Below the pieces are notes generated by a model. That model made no database searches. It saw nothing but the letters and a program-made list of their open reading frames with translations, and was not told the DNA's origin. The position numbers and the translations under genes were made by a program. This document shows, piece after piece, positions 1 to 10,399 of a DNA stretch of 64,000 nt (position 1 is its first letter; each line of letters starts with the position of its first letter). The DNA is from an uncultured Methanotrichaceae archaeon. Its GTDB lineage: Archaea > Halobacteriota > Methanosarcinia > Methanotrichales > Methanotrichaceae. The stretch is from positions 9,386 to 73,385 of the forward strand of contig CAZFFD010000001.1 in NCBI GenBank assembly GCA_964518035.1, in the 5' to 3' direction.

Positions 1-1
1 C

Positions 2-256
2 GTGCCTGCGTACCTGGGCGACGATATGGGACAGATCCTGGGGAAGCTGACAGATCACTCCTGCTCAGCCGAGTGTCTGGGCTATCCTCATGCGCTTTTT
101 AGGGCCCACCGGGATATCAGGATCACAGAGCAGGAGGGAGCGGCAGCGCGCGAAAGGCTGATCGCCAGGCTCTCGGAGCTTGGAATGGCTCATCAGGAGA
201 TCAGAATGCTTATGCAGGACTATCACGACATCCTGGAGATGAGAACCGGATTTTAG
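2..256 (+). CDS. nurA: NurA-family 5'-3' nuclease, C-terminal fragment (5' end lies outside the window)
   Basis: The ORF is open to the window edge. The C-terminal GYPHALFRAH resembles the conserved NurA C-terminal motif. It lies directly upstream of herA-mre11-rad50. Confidence 0.5.
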   Translation: MPAYLGDDMGQILGKLTDHSCSAECLGYPHALFRAHRDIRITEQEGAAARERLIARLSELGMAHQEIRMLMQDYHDILEMRTGF

Positions 257-270
257 GAGATGAGTGCAAG

Positions 271-1878
271 GTGCAAACCAATGAGACACGGGCACAGCCC
301 GATAACGCTACGAGTCTGCTCAACCGAAAGGTGATCGAGGGAAAAGATACGACCTACCGCATCGTCTCCAGGAATGTATCCGAGTACCAGTTTATTGTGC
401 CCTTCAATCTACCGGACGAGGAGAGGGTGGAGGTGGGCCAGATCTTTTCAGTCAATGATCAGGGATTGACCTATCTGGCTCGTGTCCTGAACATAGAGCA
501 CAGCTCCAACTATGATGGCCATTGGGACACCACAATGAAAGGCACCCAGTTCTTCGATTCCGATCAAATCTTTAACCGAGTTGTGGCCGAGCCGTTGGGA
601 TGTATAAACAAAAATCTGGAGTTCAAAAAATCCCGAACGCTGCCGACCAAGTTCTCGCCTGTCTCCAGAGCCGAGAGGGAAGAGTTCAAGTTCTTGAGCC
701 AGGTGATGGGTGACATCGAGGTTGGCTATCTCCGAAACGGATCGCGGTTGGTAGAAGAGATTCCTGTGGCTCTGCATAGCGATGCAATTGACCACCACAT
801 GGGCGTCTTCGCAACTACCGGCATGGGCAAATCGAATTTCATGAAGGTCTTTGCAGCTTCATGCATGCGTCTCGCGGCTCAGGGCGATTCAAAGTTCGGC
901 CTCCTTATCGTCGATCCTCATGGTGAGTACCTGAAGGGAAAGAGGAACAGTCAGGTCAAGGGTCTGGTCCATCTCACGAGATACAGAGAAGGCCTTGCCT
1001 GTTACTCTACCGACAGGAGCAACGCAACGGATCCAGGTGTCGAGGATCTGACCATCTCGGAGTGCGAGATATTTCCTGAGGACATTGCGTTGCTCTATGA
1101 GTGGTCCGCTCCCCAAAGAGATGCGCTTGATGCGATATCCAGGATATTTGATCCGAATAGCTGGCTCGATGAGATCAAAACTCCTGAGGGCATGGCCCGA
1201 ATGATGCAGGAGGGCTTCAAGGACAGCACTCTAAATGTGCTCGTGAGACGGATCAAGAATGAACTGGGAAGAAACTCGTACATCAAGAAGAGGTCGAGCC
1301 TTGCCAACATCCTGTCCAATCTGCAGAAAGGCAAAGTGGTCCTCGTGGATATTCCGAGGATGAGCGACAGGTCTGAGCTATTCTTGCTCTCTGTCATATC
1401 CCGCTATATTCTGGAAGAGTACAAGAAAGACGAAAAAGAGGGCGAAGAGTGCCGGAAGAACTGCCTCATCACCATCGAAGAGGCTCAGAGGGTGCTGGGG
1501 GCGGCGAGCAACACATCTCGCTTCGAGAGCATCGCACGCGAGGGGCGCAAGTTCGGTGTGGGGTTATGTGCCATCACCCAGCAGCCCAAGCTCATAGAAA
1601 AGCAACTGCTCTCTCAGTTCAATACCCTGGTTGTCATGGGCCTGGGAGACAGAAATGACCGCCAGCAGCTTGAGGAGTCGGCCAAGCAGGACCTCACCTC
1701 AATGGACATAGAGATCCAGACCCTCGAAAAGGGTGAGGCTGTGGTCTCAACCCTCAACATCCCTTTCCCTGTGCCTGCGAGGATCCATCGCTATGAGGAT
1801 TACATGCGCCGCCTCAACCTTGAAGATCCGCCTGAGAGGCTGATCAAAAAAGGCGGCTTCAAGCCGTTTCTGGAATAG
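271..1878 (+). CDS. herA: HerA-type DNA helicase/translocase (FtsK-HerA superfamily ATPase)
   Basis: 535 aa. Walker A FATTGMGKSNF and Walker B-like LLIVDPHGEY. GTG start 15 nt after the nurA stop. Followed by mre11 and rad50. Confidence 0.85.
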   Translation: MQTNETRAQPDNATSLLNRKVIEGKDTTYRIVSRNVSEYQFIVPFNLPDEERVEVGQIFSVNDQGLTYLARVLNIEHSSNYDGHWDTTMKGTQFFDSDQIFNRVVAEPLGCINKNLEFKKSRTLPTKFSPVSRAEREEFKFLSQVMGDIEVGYLRNGSRLVEEIPVALHSDAIDHHMGVFATTGMGKSNFMKVFAASCMRLAAQGDSKFGLLIVDPHGEYLKGKRNSQVKGLVHLTRYREGLACYSTDRSNATDPGVEDLTISECEIFPEDIALLYEWSAPQRDALDAISRIFDPNSWLDEIKTPEGMARMMQEGFKDSTLNVLVRRIKNELGRNSYIKKRSSLANILSNLQKGKVVLVDIPRMSDRSELFLLSVISRYILEEYKKDEKEGEECRKNCLITIEEAQRVLGAASNTSRFESIAREGRKFGVGLCAITQQPKLIEKQLLSQFNTLVVMGLGDRNDRQQLEESAKQDLTSMDIEIQTLEKGEAVVSTLNIPFPVPARIHRYEDYMRRLNLEDPPERLIKKGGFKPFLE

Positions 1879-1887
1879 GGTGATCGC

Positions 1888-3033
1888 ATGAAGATAATTC
1901 ATCTGGCCGATTCGCATCTGGGATTCTCCAGCTACAGCCGGTTGGATGAGCATGGACGAAACCGCATTGAAGAGATGGTCTACTCCGGATTCAACGAGGC
2001 CATAGAGAGGATCATAGAGCTGCGACCGGATGCGGTAGTCCATTCCGGAGATGTCTTTCATCACGTTCGTCCCAAGATCAGGCCTCTGTTTGTCTTTCAG
2101 AAGGGCCTCCTGAGGCTGATTGAAAAAGGCATACCTGTGATCATAATCAGCGGAAATCACGATGCTCCCAAGAGCTTCTCGCAGACGAGCCCGTTCAGGC
2201 TCTTTGAGGATCTGAAAGGCGTGCACATCGCCCAGAGGTATGAATACGAAAGGTTTGAGGTCGGAGACCACCACTTTCATTGCATACCCTTCTGCCTTGA
2301 GCCTAAAGATTACCTGACTGAGTTTGAAAGGATCGATAGAACAGGAAGAGATGTGCTGGTCATGCACGGTCTCGTGGAGTCGCTTTCCAATAAAAGAATG
2401 AGAAGCGTGGGTGAGCATGAGCTTTCCGACAGCCTCCTGAAAAATGATTTTGACTATATTGCTCTCGGCCACTTCCACGGCCAGGCCCAGATATCCGAAA
2501 ACGCCTGGTATAGCGGATCCCTGGAGTACTTCAACTTCGGCGAAGCCCAGGACCGGAAAGGAATGCTGGAGATAGACCTGGAGACTGGACGGGCGGAGAG
2601 CATTTCAGTTCGGCCCAGGTACATGATTGATCATCCTGCTATAGATTGCGGAGGACTGCGATCCGAGGAGATTGCCGAACGCCTCATGGAGCTATGCCAG
2701 GAGGATGATCTAAAAGATAGGATGGTGCGGATCACCCTCAAAAATGTCAACCGTGCGGCTTACCGGAATATAGATCAGACCAGGCTTTCTCTTCTTGGTG
2801 CGGCCTCTCTGTATTTCAAGATAAAGGCCGAATTTGCGGATGTTGTGGAGCATATAGAGCGGCCTGTAGACCGCCGAACGCTGCATGAGGAGTTCTCACT
2901 TTATCTTGAGGAAGAGTCGTCGCAGAAGAGCGTGCCGCAAAAGATCAAGGATGATGTAATGGCCTACGGTTCCGAGATCATGAAGAAGGCGGTAGAAGCC
3001 AGGCGCAAAGAGGCGTTGGATGCAGCTGAATAA
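1888..3033 (+). CDS. mre11: Mre11 DNA double-strand break repair nuclease
   Basis: 381 aa. Calcineurin-like phosphoesterase motifs IIHLADSHLG, HSGDVFH, IISGNHD and ALGHFH. 9-nt gap after herA. Confidence 0.9.
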   Translation: MKIIHLADSHLGFSSYSRLDEHGRNRIEEMVYSGFNEAIERIIELRPDAVVHSGDVFHHVRPKIRPLFVFQKGLLRLIEKGIPVIIISGNHDAPKSFSQTSPFRLFEDLKGVHIAQRYEYERFEVGDHHFHCIPFCLEPKDYLTEFERIDRTGRDVLVMHGLVESLSNKRMRSVGEHELSDSLLKNDFDYIALGHFHGQAQISENAWYSGSLEYFNFGEAQDRKGMLEIDLETGRAESISVRPRYMIDHPAIDCGGLRSEEIAERLMELCQEDDLKDRMVRITLKNVNRAAYRNIDQTRLSLLGAASLYFKIKAEFADVVEHIERPVDRRTLHEEFSLYLEEESSQKSVPQKIKDDVMAYGSEIMKKAVEARRKEALDAAE

Positions 3034-6000
3034 GCTTGTCATGAAGAACTTCAAAAAGTTTCGGCGGGCGGAGCTGGAGTTCTCTGACGGGCTTACCGGA
3101 ATTGTAGGAAGCAACGGATCTGGCAAGAGCACAATCGTGGATGCCATTGCCTGGGCTCTTTATGGCAACCGGGCCTCGGGAATAAAAAGGGATTTTATCA
3201 GAAATGCCAGGGCGCGAGAGTCTGATGCTGTTGAGGCGAGCCTGACCATTTCGTTGGGAAAGCAGGAGCTGGTCATCTACCGGTCCATGAAAGGAAAAGG
3301 CCTGACACCGGAGGCCTATCTGGTCTTGGATGGCCAGAGAATTGCCACGGGGAGCCGGGAGGTTGATGCCAGGCTCGAGAGCGTACTGAAGATCAGCTAT
3401 CAGGATTTCATGAAGACCTTTTACGCTCGGCAGAAGGATCTGGACAACCTGCTCAAGGAGGGAGCAATGGGCAAGAGGGAATATCTTCTCAAGCTCCTGG
3501 GCCTGGAGGACATCAAGGAATATGCAGTTGATCTGATCAAGACGGATCGGGCGGGTCTCGATGAGAAGAAAAACCGGCTGGCAGGAGCTCTGGCCGAAAT
3601 GGGTGACGTATCTCTCCGCCTGGAGACGGCAGCATCGGATATTCTGGCGGCTAAAACGGATCTGGAGGTGGCCGAGAGGAGGAGAGAAAGCTTGGCCGGG
3701 GTCGAGGAGACGAGACGGCAGGGGCTTGAGGCGATGGCAGAGAGGATGCGATTGCATGGCATTCTCCTGGAGAGGGCGACGAGCATTGAGTCACAGAAGA
3801 AGTCGCTTGATGAGATAGCTCGATTTGAACAGACGAGGCTCATTCAGATCGAATCATCAAAAAAGAGGCTCTCGGATATCGCCCCGCTTCTGGAGAGGCT
3901 TATCGTCATCAAAGAGCGGTTGGATGATTTGGAGCCGAACAGGTCTGTCTATGAGCAGTCTGCCCGGAGCATAGCCTCTCAGGAGGCGGCGCTTGTGGGA
4001 GAGAGAAAGGCGTTGGCCGAGAGCAAGAAAAGGCTCCAGGAGCTGGAGATGGATGCCGCAGAACGCACGGAGCTGAAGCCCCTTGAGGAGGAGCACAACA
4101 GGCTGCAGGACAGATTAGTCTCTCTGGAGGAGTTGAGGGACAGGCACAGGGAGATGCAGGCTGCCATCAAGGAGGAGACTGTCAGGGTGCAGTCCACAGG
4201 GGCCGCTCTCTCTCGCGCCAAAAATCTCAGAGACGATCTGCTCCGGGCAAAGACCCGACTGCAGGAGATATCTGGCTGTCGAGAAGAGGAGACGAGGCAG
4301 AGGGATGCGCTCGCTGAGCTATCTCGGCAAAGAGAGAGACAGAGGGAGCTTGATGGCCTCCTTGCCAGGAAAGGTAGCATAGAGGAGCGTCTGGGCCGGC
4401 TGAAGGTCGAGGCAGAAAAGGCTCAGGAGGAGATCGGCAACATCGGGGACATCGAGGAGAGAGAAGCCGTCCTGCTCAGGCAGGATCGGGATCTAGACCA
4501 GTTGAACAGCGAATTGTCCCGCGTCCTGGCTGATATGAGGGCAAGCTACAGGGTGGCTGAGAATGCTCTCGCAGAGGCAGAGAGATCTCTGAAAAAGGTC
4601 AAAGCTCTCGGAGGAGATGGGCTGTGTCCCACCTGCGAGAGGCCGCTCTTGGGCCAGCGTGATCTGCTCATCGGGAAGTACGAAAGCTCTATGGTCGCGG
4701 CCAGAGGGGAGAAGGAGAAGCTCGCTCTAGGCATTGCCTCTCAAACCGAGAGGATGGAGGGAGCAGCCAGGTCGAGGAGCAATCTGAAGCAAGCTTTTGA
4801 TCTGTTGAATGCTCAAAAGAGTCGGAGAGCTGCTCTGCAGGCCCAGCAGAAGAGCCTGGCCATGCAGATGCACGAGTCGCAGGCCGAGCAGAAGGAGATT
4901 CTGGCCAAAATCGAGGAGCTGGGAGAGGTCTTCTTTGATGCTGCATTGTTCGAACAGGTGCAAGCGGCTCTAAAAGCGCTTGAGCCTCTTGTCCAGGAAT
5001 ACAACCTGCTCCTTTTGCGTCTGAATGATCTGCCTGGCCTTGAGGCTGAGATTGCCAAAAGTGAGAGGGAACTTGAGGCACAGAGAGTGAAGCTTACTGA
5101 GCTGTCTGGCCAGGCGGATGCCTTGGGCTACAACGAATCGGATTTTCTCCTGGCAAAGAAGCGCATAGCCTCGACGAAGCCTCTGCATGACCGATTTCTT
5201 GCCCTCACAGAGAGGCTGGCGACAATTCCCGATCTCGTGGAGAGGCGGCGGAAGCTGGAGCAGGAGGTCGCAGGTCTTGAGAGGGCGCTTCAGGCTTTAG
5301 TTGAGTCGCAGAGGGCGCTGGGCTACGATCCCAGGGAGTACGAGTCGCTTTTCAAGGAGAAGAAGAGTCTGGCGTCATCCGAGAGCGAGAGCCGGAGGAT
5401 TTCTCTTGTTTTGGCTGGAGAGGGCGAGGCCAGAGAGAGGCTGGCAGCTGCCAGAGCGTCATCTGAGAGGCTTGGATCTGATCTGAAAGAAATCATGCGG
5501 CAGGTTGACGCCCTGGCCTACAAAAAGGAAGAGCACGAGAGGGCAAGAGTCGCTTTGGCCAGTGCAAAAGAGGAGCTTGAAAAGGCGAGAGCATCAGTCT
5601 CTGGGCTGCAGGTGCAGATGGGAGTTCTCCTGGCAAAGAAAGAGCGACTGATTCAGGAAGCAGAGCGGAAGGCCGAGCTTGAGAGCAGCTGCAATCAGCT
5701 CTCACGCAGCCTGGAGGTGGTGGATGTTACGCGTGCTCTCGTCAACAGCTTCATGGACCAGGTGCTGATCCGGGTCAAGAATGATATCGCCCGGACAGCC
5801 GGAGAGATCCTGGAGGAGGTATCAGGCAAATACAGCCTGCTCAAGATCGATGATGACTTCAACATTCAAGTCGAGGATGCAGGAGCCTATTACCCCATAT
5901 CCCGCTACTCAGGCGGAGAGATAGACATGATTGCAGTCTCAGTGCGGGTGGCCATCAGCGAGTACTTGATGCGCTTCGGCCCGGGTGGAGAGAGCTACTC

Positions 6001-6199
6001 CTTCCTGATCCTGGATGAGGTCTTCGGCAGCCAAGACCAGGAGCACAGAGAGAAGATGATTCAGATGCTGCGAAGCCTCGAAGATCGCTTTCCCCAGATC
6101 ATTGCCATCAGCCACATCAGCGATGTGCAGGGGCAGTTCGACAACACCGTCCTGGTGGTCGAGGACGAGATTGGAAACAGTCGAGTGGAGGCGATTTAA
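3020..6199 (+). CDS. rad50: Rad50 DNA double-strand break repair ATPase
   Basis: 1059 aa. Walker A GSNGSGKST, very long coiled coil, central zinc hook CPTC (nt 4625-4636), C-terminal signature YSGGE and Walker B LILDEVF. The start overlaps the mre11 stop by 14 nt. Confidence 0.92.
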   Translation: MQLNKLVMKNFKKFRRAELEFSDGLTGIVGSNGSGKSTIVDAIAWALYGNRASGIKRDFIRNARARESDAVEASLTISLGKQELVIYRSMKGKGLTPEAYLVLDGQRIATGSREVDARLESVLKISYQDFMKTFYARQKDLDNLLKEGAMGKREYLLKLLGLEDIKEYAVDLIKTDRAGLDEKKNRLAGALAEMGDVSLRLETAASDILAAKTDLEVAERRRESLAGVEETRRQGLEAMAERMRLHGILLERATSIESQKKSLDEIARFEQTRLIQIESSKKRLSDIAPLLERLIVIKERLDDLEPNRSVYEQSARSIASQEAALVGERKALAESKKRLQELEMDAAERTELKPLEEEHNRLQDRLVSLEELRDRHREMQAAIKEETVRVQSTGAALSRAKNLRDDLLRAKTRLQEISGCREEETRQRDALAELSRQRERQRELDGLLARKGSIEERLGRLKVEAEKAQEEIGNIGDIEEREAVLLRQDRDLDQLNSELSRVLADMRASYRVAENALAEAERSLKKVKALGGDGLCPTCERPLLGQRDLLIGKYESSMVAARGEKEKLALGIASQTERMEGAARSRSNLKQAFDLLNAQKSRRAALQAQQKSLAMQMHESQAEQKEILAKIEELGEVFFDAALFEQVQAALKALEPLVQEYNLLLLRLNDLPGLEAEIAKSERELEAQRVKLTELSGQADALGYNESDFLLAKKRIASTKPLHDRFLALTERLATIPDLVERRRKLEQEVAGLERALQALVESQRALGYDPREYESLFKEKKSLASSESESRRISLVLAGEGEARERLAAARASSERLGSDLKEIMRQVDALAYKKEEHERARVALASAKEELEKARASVSGLQVQMGVLLAKKERLIQEAERKAELESSCNQLSRSLEVVDVTRALVNSFMDQVLIRVKNDIARTAGEILEEVSGKYSLLKIDDDFNIQVEDAGAYYPISRYSGGEIDMIAVSVRVAISEYLMRFGPGGESYSFLILDEVFGSQDQEHREKMIQMLRSLEDRFPQIIAISHISDVQGQFDNTVLVVEDEIGNSRVEAI

Positions 6200-6212
6200 A
6201 ATTATTAATTTT

Positions 6213-7385
6213 TCATGCGAGCGCATACCCCAGTAGCCTTGCCAGACGGATGGCGTCCCAGTCCAGGTGCCGGAGCATTCGTACCATGAGTCTGCTAGGC
6301 CGGTCGATGTCGCCGTGCTCCTCGATTGCTTTTATGAGCCTAGGTTTCGCTGCCAGGTAGCCCACCAGCTCGTCGATCTCGTATGGCTTCATCTTCGCCA
6401 TCATTCGGTTGACTCTCATGCCGATCTCCAGCTCCCGTCCCAGTGCTGCCCTCCAGAGCCGGTCATACTCGGACAGACGCTGAGCTGAGCTGTCGCCCTC
6501 CATTGCTGCGGCAGCAGCCACGCCTCCGGCAATCTTCGCGGCCACCAGTCCGGGATAGACGCCTCCGCCGGATGTAGGCTTGACCTGGCCGGCTGCGTCG
6601 CCCACTGCCAAGAGCCCGTGGACCGCAGTGGCTCCAGGCGGGCCCAGCGGCAGGCCTCCAACATTAAGCGCCACAGGCGAGCCCAGAAGCCTTTTGGCAA
6701 TTATGTCTGATTTCAAAAACGTCCTCAGCCTGTCGCAGCCGCGATCGCTGGCGCATAGCCCGATCCTGGCTGTGCTCTTGCTCAAAGGAATCACCCAGGC
6801 GAAGAGTCCGGAGGCCTGGCCCAGGTGGACCTCGACCTTGTCAGGATCCTCTACTGCAAAGGCTGCCTCCACTTGGGCACCTGAGAGAATGGTCTGCGGT
6901 GGCGCGATGCCAGCTCGGCGGGCCAGAATAGCAGAGACTCCCTCGGCAGATATGACGACTCTGGCTGAGATCTCGCTATCATCAGAGAGTACCAGGATTC
7001 TTCTTTCGCCGTCCATCTTAATCCCTCTCACTCTTGAGCAGAGACGAAGGCTTGCGCCCTCCTGCATTGCCTGGTTCACAAGCGCCCGGTCAAAGAGCCT
7101 CCTGTCCACTACCCAGGCCCGGCGCTCTTTTGCCTTGAAGTCCAGGCGTGCCCCACCCGGCGAAAAAACGCTTGCGCCAAACATGCCTCTCCTAATGAAG
7201 GAGCCAGCTGGAAGCTCGGACTCGGCGAGAGCCTCTCTGCCCAAGAGTCCGGCGCATTGCACCGGCCAGCCCACTGCTGGATGCTCCTCCAGGAGAATTG
7301 TGCTGGCACCGGCTTTGGCAGCATACTTGGCTGCCATGCTGCCAGCCGGCCCGGCACCGATGACGGCTATGTCGAAGATGTCCAT
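6213..7385 (-). CDS. Geranylgeranyl reductase family FAD-dependent oxidoreductase (probable digeranylgeranylglycerophospholipid reductase)
   Basis: 390 aa. N-terminal dinucleotide fold IAVIGAGPAGSMAAKYAAKAG and later LAVGDAAGQVKP, typical of archaeal GGR proteins. Confidence 0.8.
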   Translation of the reverse strand: MDIFDIAVIGAGPAGSMAAKYAAKAGASTILLEEHPAVGWPVQCAGLLGREALAESELPAGSFIRRGMFGASVFSPGGARLDFKAKERRAWVVDRRLFDRALVNQAMQEGASLRLCSRVRGIKMDGERRILVLSDDSEISARVVISAEGVSAILARRAGIAPPQTILSGAQVEAAFAVEDPDKVEVHLGQASGLFAWVIPLSKSTARIGLCASDRGCDRLRTFLKSDIIAKRLLGSPVALNVGGLPLGPPGATAVHGLLAVGDAAGQVKPTSGGGVYPGLVAAKIAGGVAAAAAMEGDSSAQRLSEYDRLWRAALGRELEIGMRVNRMMAKMKPYEIDELVGYLAAKPRLIKAIEEHGDIDRPSRLMVRMLRHLDWDAIRLARLLGYALA

Positions 7386-7686
7386 AATCGAGGTTTGAGT
7401 TGTCAGGCCTCGATGTTAACTTTTTCTGTGTTCAATGATCTTTATCTCTACTCTCGTGCTTCCTTTTTGCCACCACCACAAGAAATATGAGTATGTAAAC
7501 CCTACCGGATTCTCACATGTAGATTACCACTATGATCAATTCATAATCATATAATTCTTGGAAACTGGAATTATCTCAGCTTCGATTAGACATTGTGCAA
7601 TCATAAAAGTTATGAAATTTTAAGACATGATCTCAAATACCTATAAATTATCAACATGGCTTTTTAGTCTCAGGAGGCTAAGTAAA

Positions 7687-9021
7687 ATGGCCCTTGATCT
7701 TAAGACAAAAGACGAAGTCTTTGAAGCAATTGACAAATATAATGTAAGGTTTGTCCGAATTTGGTTTACAGATATCCTGGGCGTCCCAAAGAGCTTTGCA
7801 ATCAACCCCAACGAACTGGAAGGTGCATTCTCTGAGGGCATGGGCTTTGACGGCTCCTCCATCGAGGGCTTTGCCAGAATCCATGAATCCGACATGGTCG
7901 CCAAGCCGGACCCAACCACATTCCAGCTCATCCCCTGGAGGCAGCACGAGAACGCCGTGGCCCGCATGTTCTGCGACATCCAGAACCCCAACGGCACTCC
8001 TTACGAGGGCGACCCCAGGAACGTCCTGAAGAGAAACCTGTCCCGGATCAAGGATAAGGGCTACAGCTTCCTGGTAGGACCGGAGCTTGAGTTCTTCTAC
8101 TTTAAGGGCGAGCATAGCACCGAGACGCTGGACACAGGTGGATACTTCGACCTGACCACCGCAGACAACGCTTCCGACCTGCGCCGTGATACCATCCTGG
8201 CCCTGGACTCCATGGGCATCGATGTCGAGTACAGCCACCATGAGGTCGCACCATCCCAGCACGAGATAGATCTGCGCTACAAGGACGCCCTCTCAATGGC
8301 CGACACGGTCATGACCTACAAGATCACAGTCAAGGAGGTCGCTCGCAGGTACGGCTACCATGCCAGCTTCATGCCCAAGCCCATCTTCGGCCAGAACGGC
8401 AGCGGCATGCACGTTCACCAGTCCCTCTTCCAGGGCAAGAGAAATGTCATGTTTGACGCAGGCGACGCATTCCACCTCTCTGAGGAGGGCAAGTACTACA
8501 TTGCCGGCCTGCTCAAGCACGCACCTGAGATCACAGCTGTCACCAACCAGTGGGTCAACTCCTACAAGCGCCTGGTCCCCGGCTACGAAGCACCTGTCTA
8601 CATCTGCTGGGCCAGAAGGAACAGATCTGCTCTCGTCAGAGTCCCAATGTACAAGCCCGGAAAGGAGGCAGCCACCAGAGTCGAGTTCAGGAGCCCCGAT
8701 CCAGCAGCTAACCCGTACCTGGCCTTCTCAGTCATGTTGGCTGCAGGTCTTGCTGGCATCGCCAACAAATATGATCTGCCAGCACCACAGGAGCAGGATA
8801 TCTACCACATGAGCGATGATGAGCGGAAGAAGGTAGGAATCACATCTCTGCCAGGCAGCCTCAACGATGCCATACAGCTCGCTGAAGGAAGCAAGCTCAT
8901 TCGCGAGGCACTGGGCGAGCACGTCTTCAAGGCATTCATTGCCAACAAGAAGGCTGAGTGGGACGCCTACCGCACGAACGTTACCCAGTGGGAGCTGGAC
9001 AGATACTTGCCTCTGCTCTGA
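7687..9021 (+). CDS. glnA: Glutamine synthetase, type I
   Basis: The ORF track starts at 7627. I prefer ATG 7687, which has AGGAGG about 10 nt upstream and gives the N-terminus MALDLKTKDEV. GS motifs FDGSSIEGF, GSGMHVHQS and NPYLAF are present. Confidence 0.95.
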   Translation: MALDLKTKDEVFEAIDKYNVRFVRIWFTDILGVPKSFAINPNELEGAFSEGMGFDGSSIEGFARIHESDMVAKPDPTTFQLIPWRQHENAVARMFCDIQNPNGTPYEGDPRNVLKRNLSRIKDKGYSFLVGPELEFFYFKGEHSTETLDTGGYFDLTTADNASDLRRDTILALDSMGIDVEYSHHEVAPSQHEIDLRYKDALSMADTVMTYKITVKEVARRYGYHASFMPKPIFGQNGSGMHVHQSLFQGKRNVMFDAGDAFHLSEEGKYYIAGLLKHAPEITAVTNQWVNSYKRLVPGYEAPVYICWARRNRSALVRVPMYKPGKEAATRVEFRSPDPAANPYLAFSVMLAAGLAGIANKYDLPAPQEQDIYHMSDDERKKVGITSLPGSLNDAIQLAEGSKLIREALGEHVFKAFIANKKAEWDAYRTNVTQWELDRYLPLL

Positions 9022-9048
9022 GAGCCCCTATTCGGGCTCACCTTTTTT
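9022..9048 (+). terminator. Hairpin plus T-tract terminator after glnA
   Basis: GAGCCC (9022-9027), a 6-nt loop, GGGCTC (9034-9039), then TTTTTT (9043-9048), immediately after the glnA stop codon. Confidence 0.55.
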
Positions 9049-9271
9049 ATCTAAAAAATTGCGAGGATAAACCATGAAGGGAAAGGAGCCTGAATCGACG
9101 GGCGTTGATCACAACTATTATGAATGTTTCTTAAATAGATATAAAACATTTATTGCGATCACTAGTTGCTCACACGTCATCCTATAGAACAAGACTTGCA
9201 GCGGATCAACATTAAATTGCGGGAAGATAGAAGGTTAATTGAAAGGTCGGTGTCTGGAGTTCAGGATTATT

Positions 9272-10399
9272 ATGCCAAGGATTAGAAGGGAGCTTTACAC
9301 CAAGGATATCTGCGCCTGCTCCATCTTCGGAGCCATGAACCGGGATGGGGAGCGCTTCAATGGGGCCGGCGTAATGAAGGCTATAGCCAACATGCATGTC
9401 CGCGGCAATGGTCTAGGTGGCGGGTTTGCGGCCTATGGCATATACCCGGAGTATGAGGACTACTATGCCATTCATCTCATGTTCACCGGCAAGAGTCTGC
9501 AGGACAAGCTGTCAGCAAAAAAGGAGCTGGATGCGTTTCTCTGCCAGCGCTTCGATGTGGTCTACGATGAAGAGATCCCTCATGGCGATGAGTCAACCGT
9601 AAGCGATCCCCCGTTGGTCTGGCGCTACTTTGCCCTTCCAAATAAAAAGGGTGATGACGCACTGCTCACTGATGAAGACTATGTCGTCTCGATAGTCATG
9701 TGGGTGAACACCAGAATCGAGAATGCTTACATATTCTCCTCAGGCAAAAACATGGGCTGCTTCAAGGGCGTGGGATATCCTGAGGAGATTGGTGAGTATT
9801 TCATGCTCGACCGGCTCTACCGTGCCTACACCTGGACGGTCCACGGTCGTTTTCCCACAAACACCCAGGCCTGGTGGGGTGGGGCTCATCCCTTCAGCCT
9901 TCTGGATACGACCATTGTTCACAACGGCGAGATCTCATCTTACGGCACCAATCGATGGTACCTGGAGATGTACGGATATGCCTGCACTCTCCAGACGGAC
10001 ACAGAGGTCATAGCTTATGCTGCGGATCTGCTCATGAGAAAACAGATGTTGCCCATCGAAATTGTGGCCAAAATCCTAGCTCCGCCCATCTGGAATGCCA
10101 TCGACCGGATGAATGAGGCCGAGAAGAAACTGCTCACAACCTTGAGAATGGTCTACGGACCTCTTCTCATGAACGGACCTTTTGCCATAATAATTGGTCA
10201 GACGGGAAAGATGATCGGTCTGACGGACAGAATCAGGCTGCGGCCGCTTACTGCAGCCACGAGAGGTGAGATGTTCTACCTCTCCTCGGAGGAAGCGTCG
10301 ATTAGACTAATTTCGCCACAGCTTGATCGCGTCTGGACTCCCAACGGAGGAGAACCAGTAGTAAGCGAACTAAACAGCATGAGGAAGGTTTTGCAATGA
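9272..10399 (+). CDS. Archaeal-type glutamate synthase, class II glutamine amidotransferase domain protein
   Basis: The N-terminal region ...CACSIFGAMNRDG resembles an Ntn-type GATase with a Cys nucleophile. It is followed by the FMN and GXGXG domain genes. The start is uncertain: TTG 9239 in the track, ATG 9272 preferred. Confidence 0.75.
   Translation: MPRIRRELYTKDICACSIFGAMNRDGERFNGAGVMKAIANMHVRGNGLGGGFAAYGIYPEYEDYYAIHLMFTGKSLQDKLSAKKELDAFLCQRFDVVYDEEIPHGDESTVSDPPLVWRYFALPNKKGDDALLTDEDYVVSIVMWVNTRIENAYIFSSGKNMGCFKGVGYPEEIGEYFMLDRLYRAYTWTVHGRFPTNTQAWWGGAHPFSLLDTTIVHNGEISSYGTNRWYLEMYGYACTLQTDTEVIAYAADLLMRKQMLPIEIVAKILAPPIWNAIDRMNEAEKKLLTTLRMVYGPLLMNGPFAIIIGQTGKMIGLTDRIRLRPLTAATRGEMFYLSSEEASIRLISPQLDRVWTPNGGEPVVSELNSMRKVLQ

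Noticed and set aside
1747-3757. Long antisense ORFs (243 aa and 259 aa) opposite mre11 and rad50. Similar cases are 6580-7398 (+) opposite the GGR gene, 41748-42533 (-) opposite rnhB, 55537-56154 (+) opposite the isomerase gene, 61219-62511 (-) opposite the thermosome gene, and 30814-31356 (+) opposite scpB.
   Set aside because: Each lies fully inside a gene with strong family motifs on the other strand. Their translations are low-complexity (Arg/Ser/Pro/Leu-rich) with no motifs. This pattern is expected from stop-codon depletion on the antisense strand of moderately GC-rich coding DNA.
7558-7572. TTGGAAACTGGAATT upstream of glnA, considered as a possible NrpR-type nitrogen operator (GGAA-N6-TTCC).
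   Set aside because: The two GGAA elements are direct rather than inverted repeats, and the spacing does not fit the operator consensus I remember. I cannot support a regulatory call from the sequence alone.
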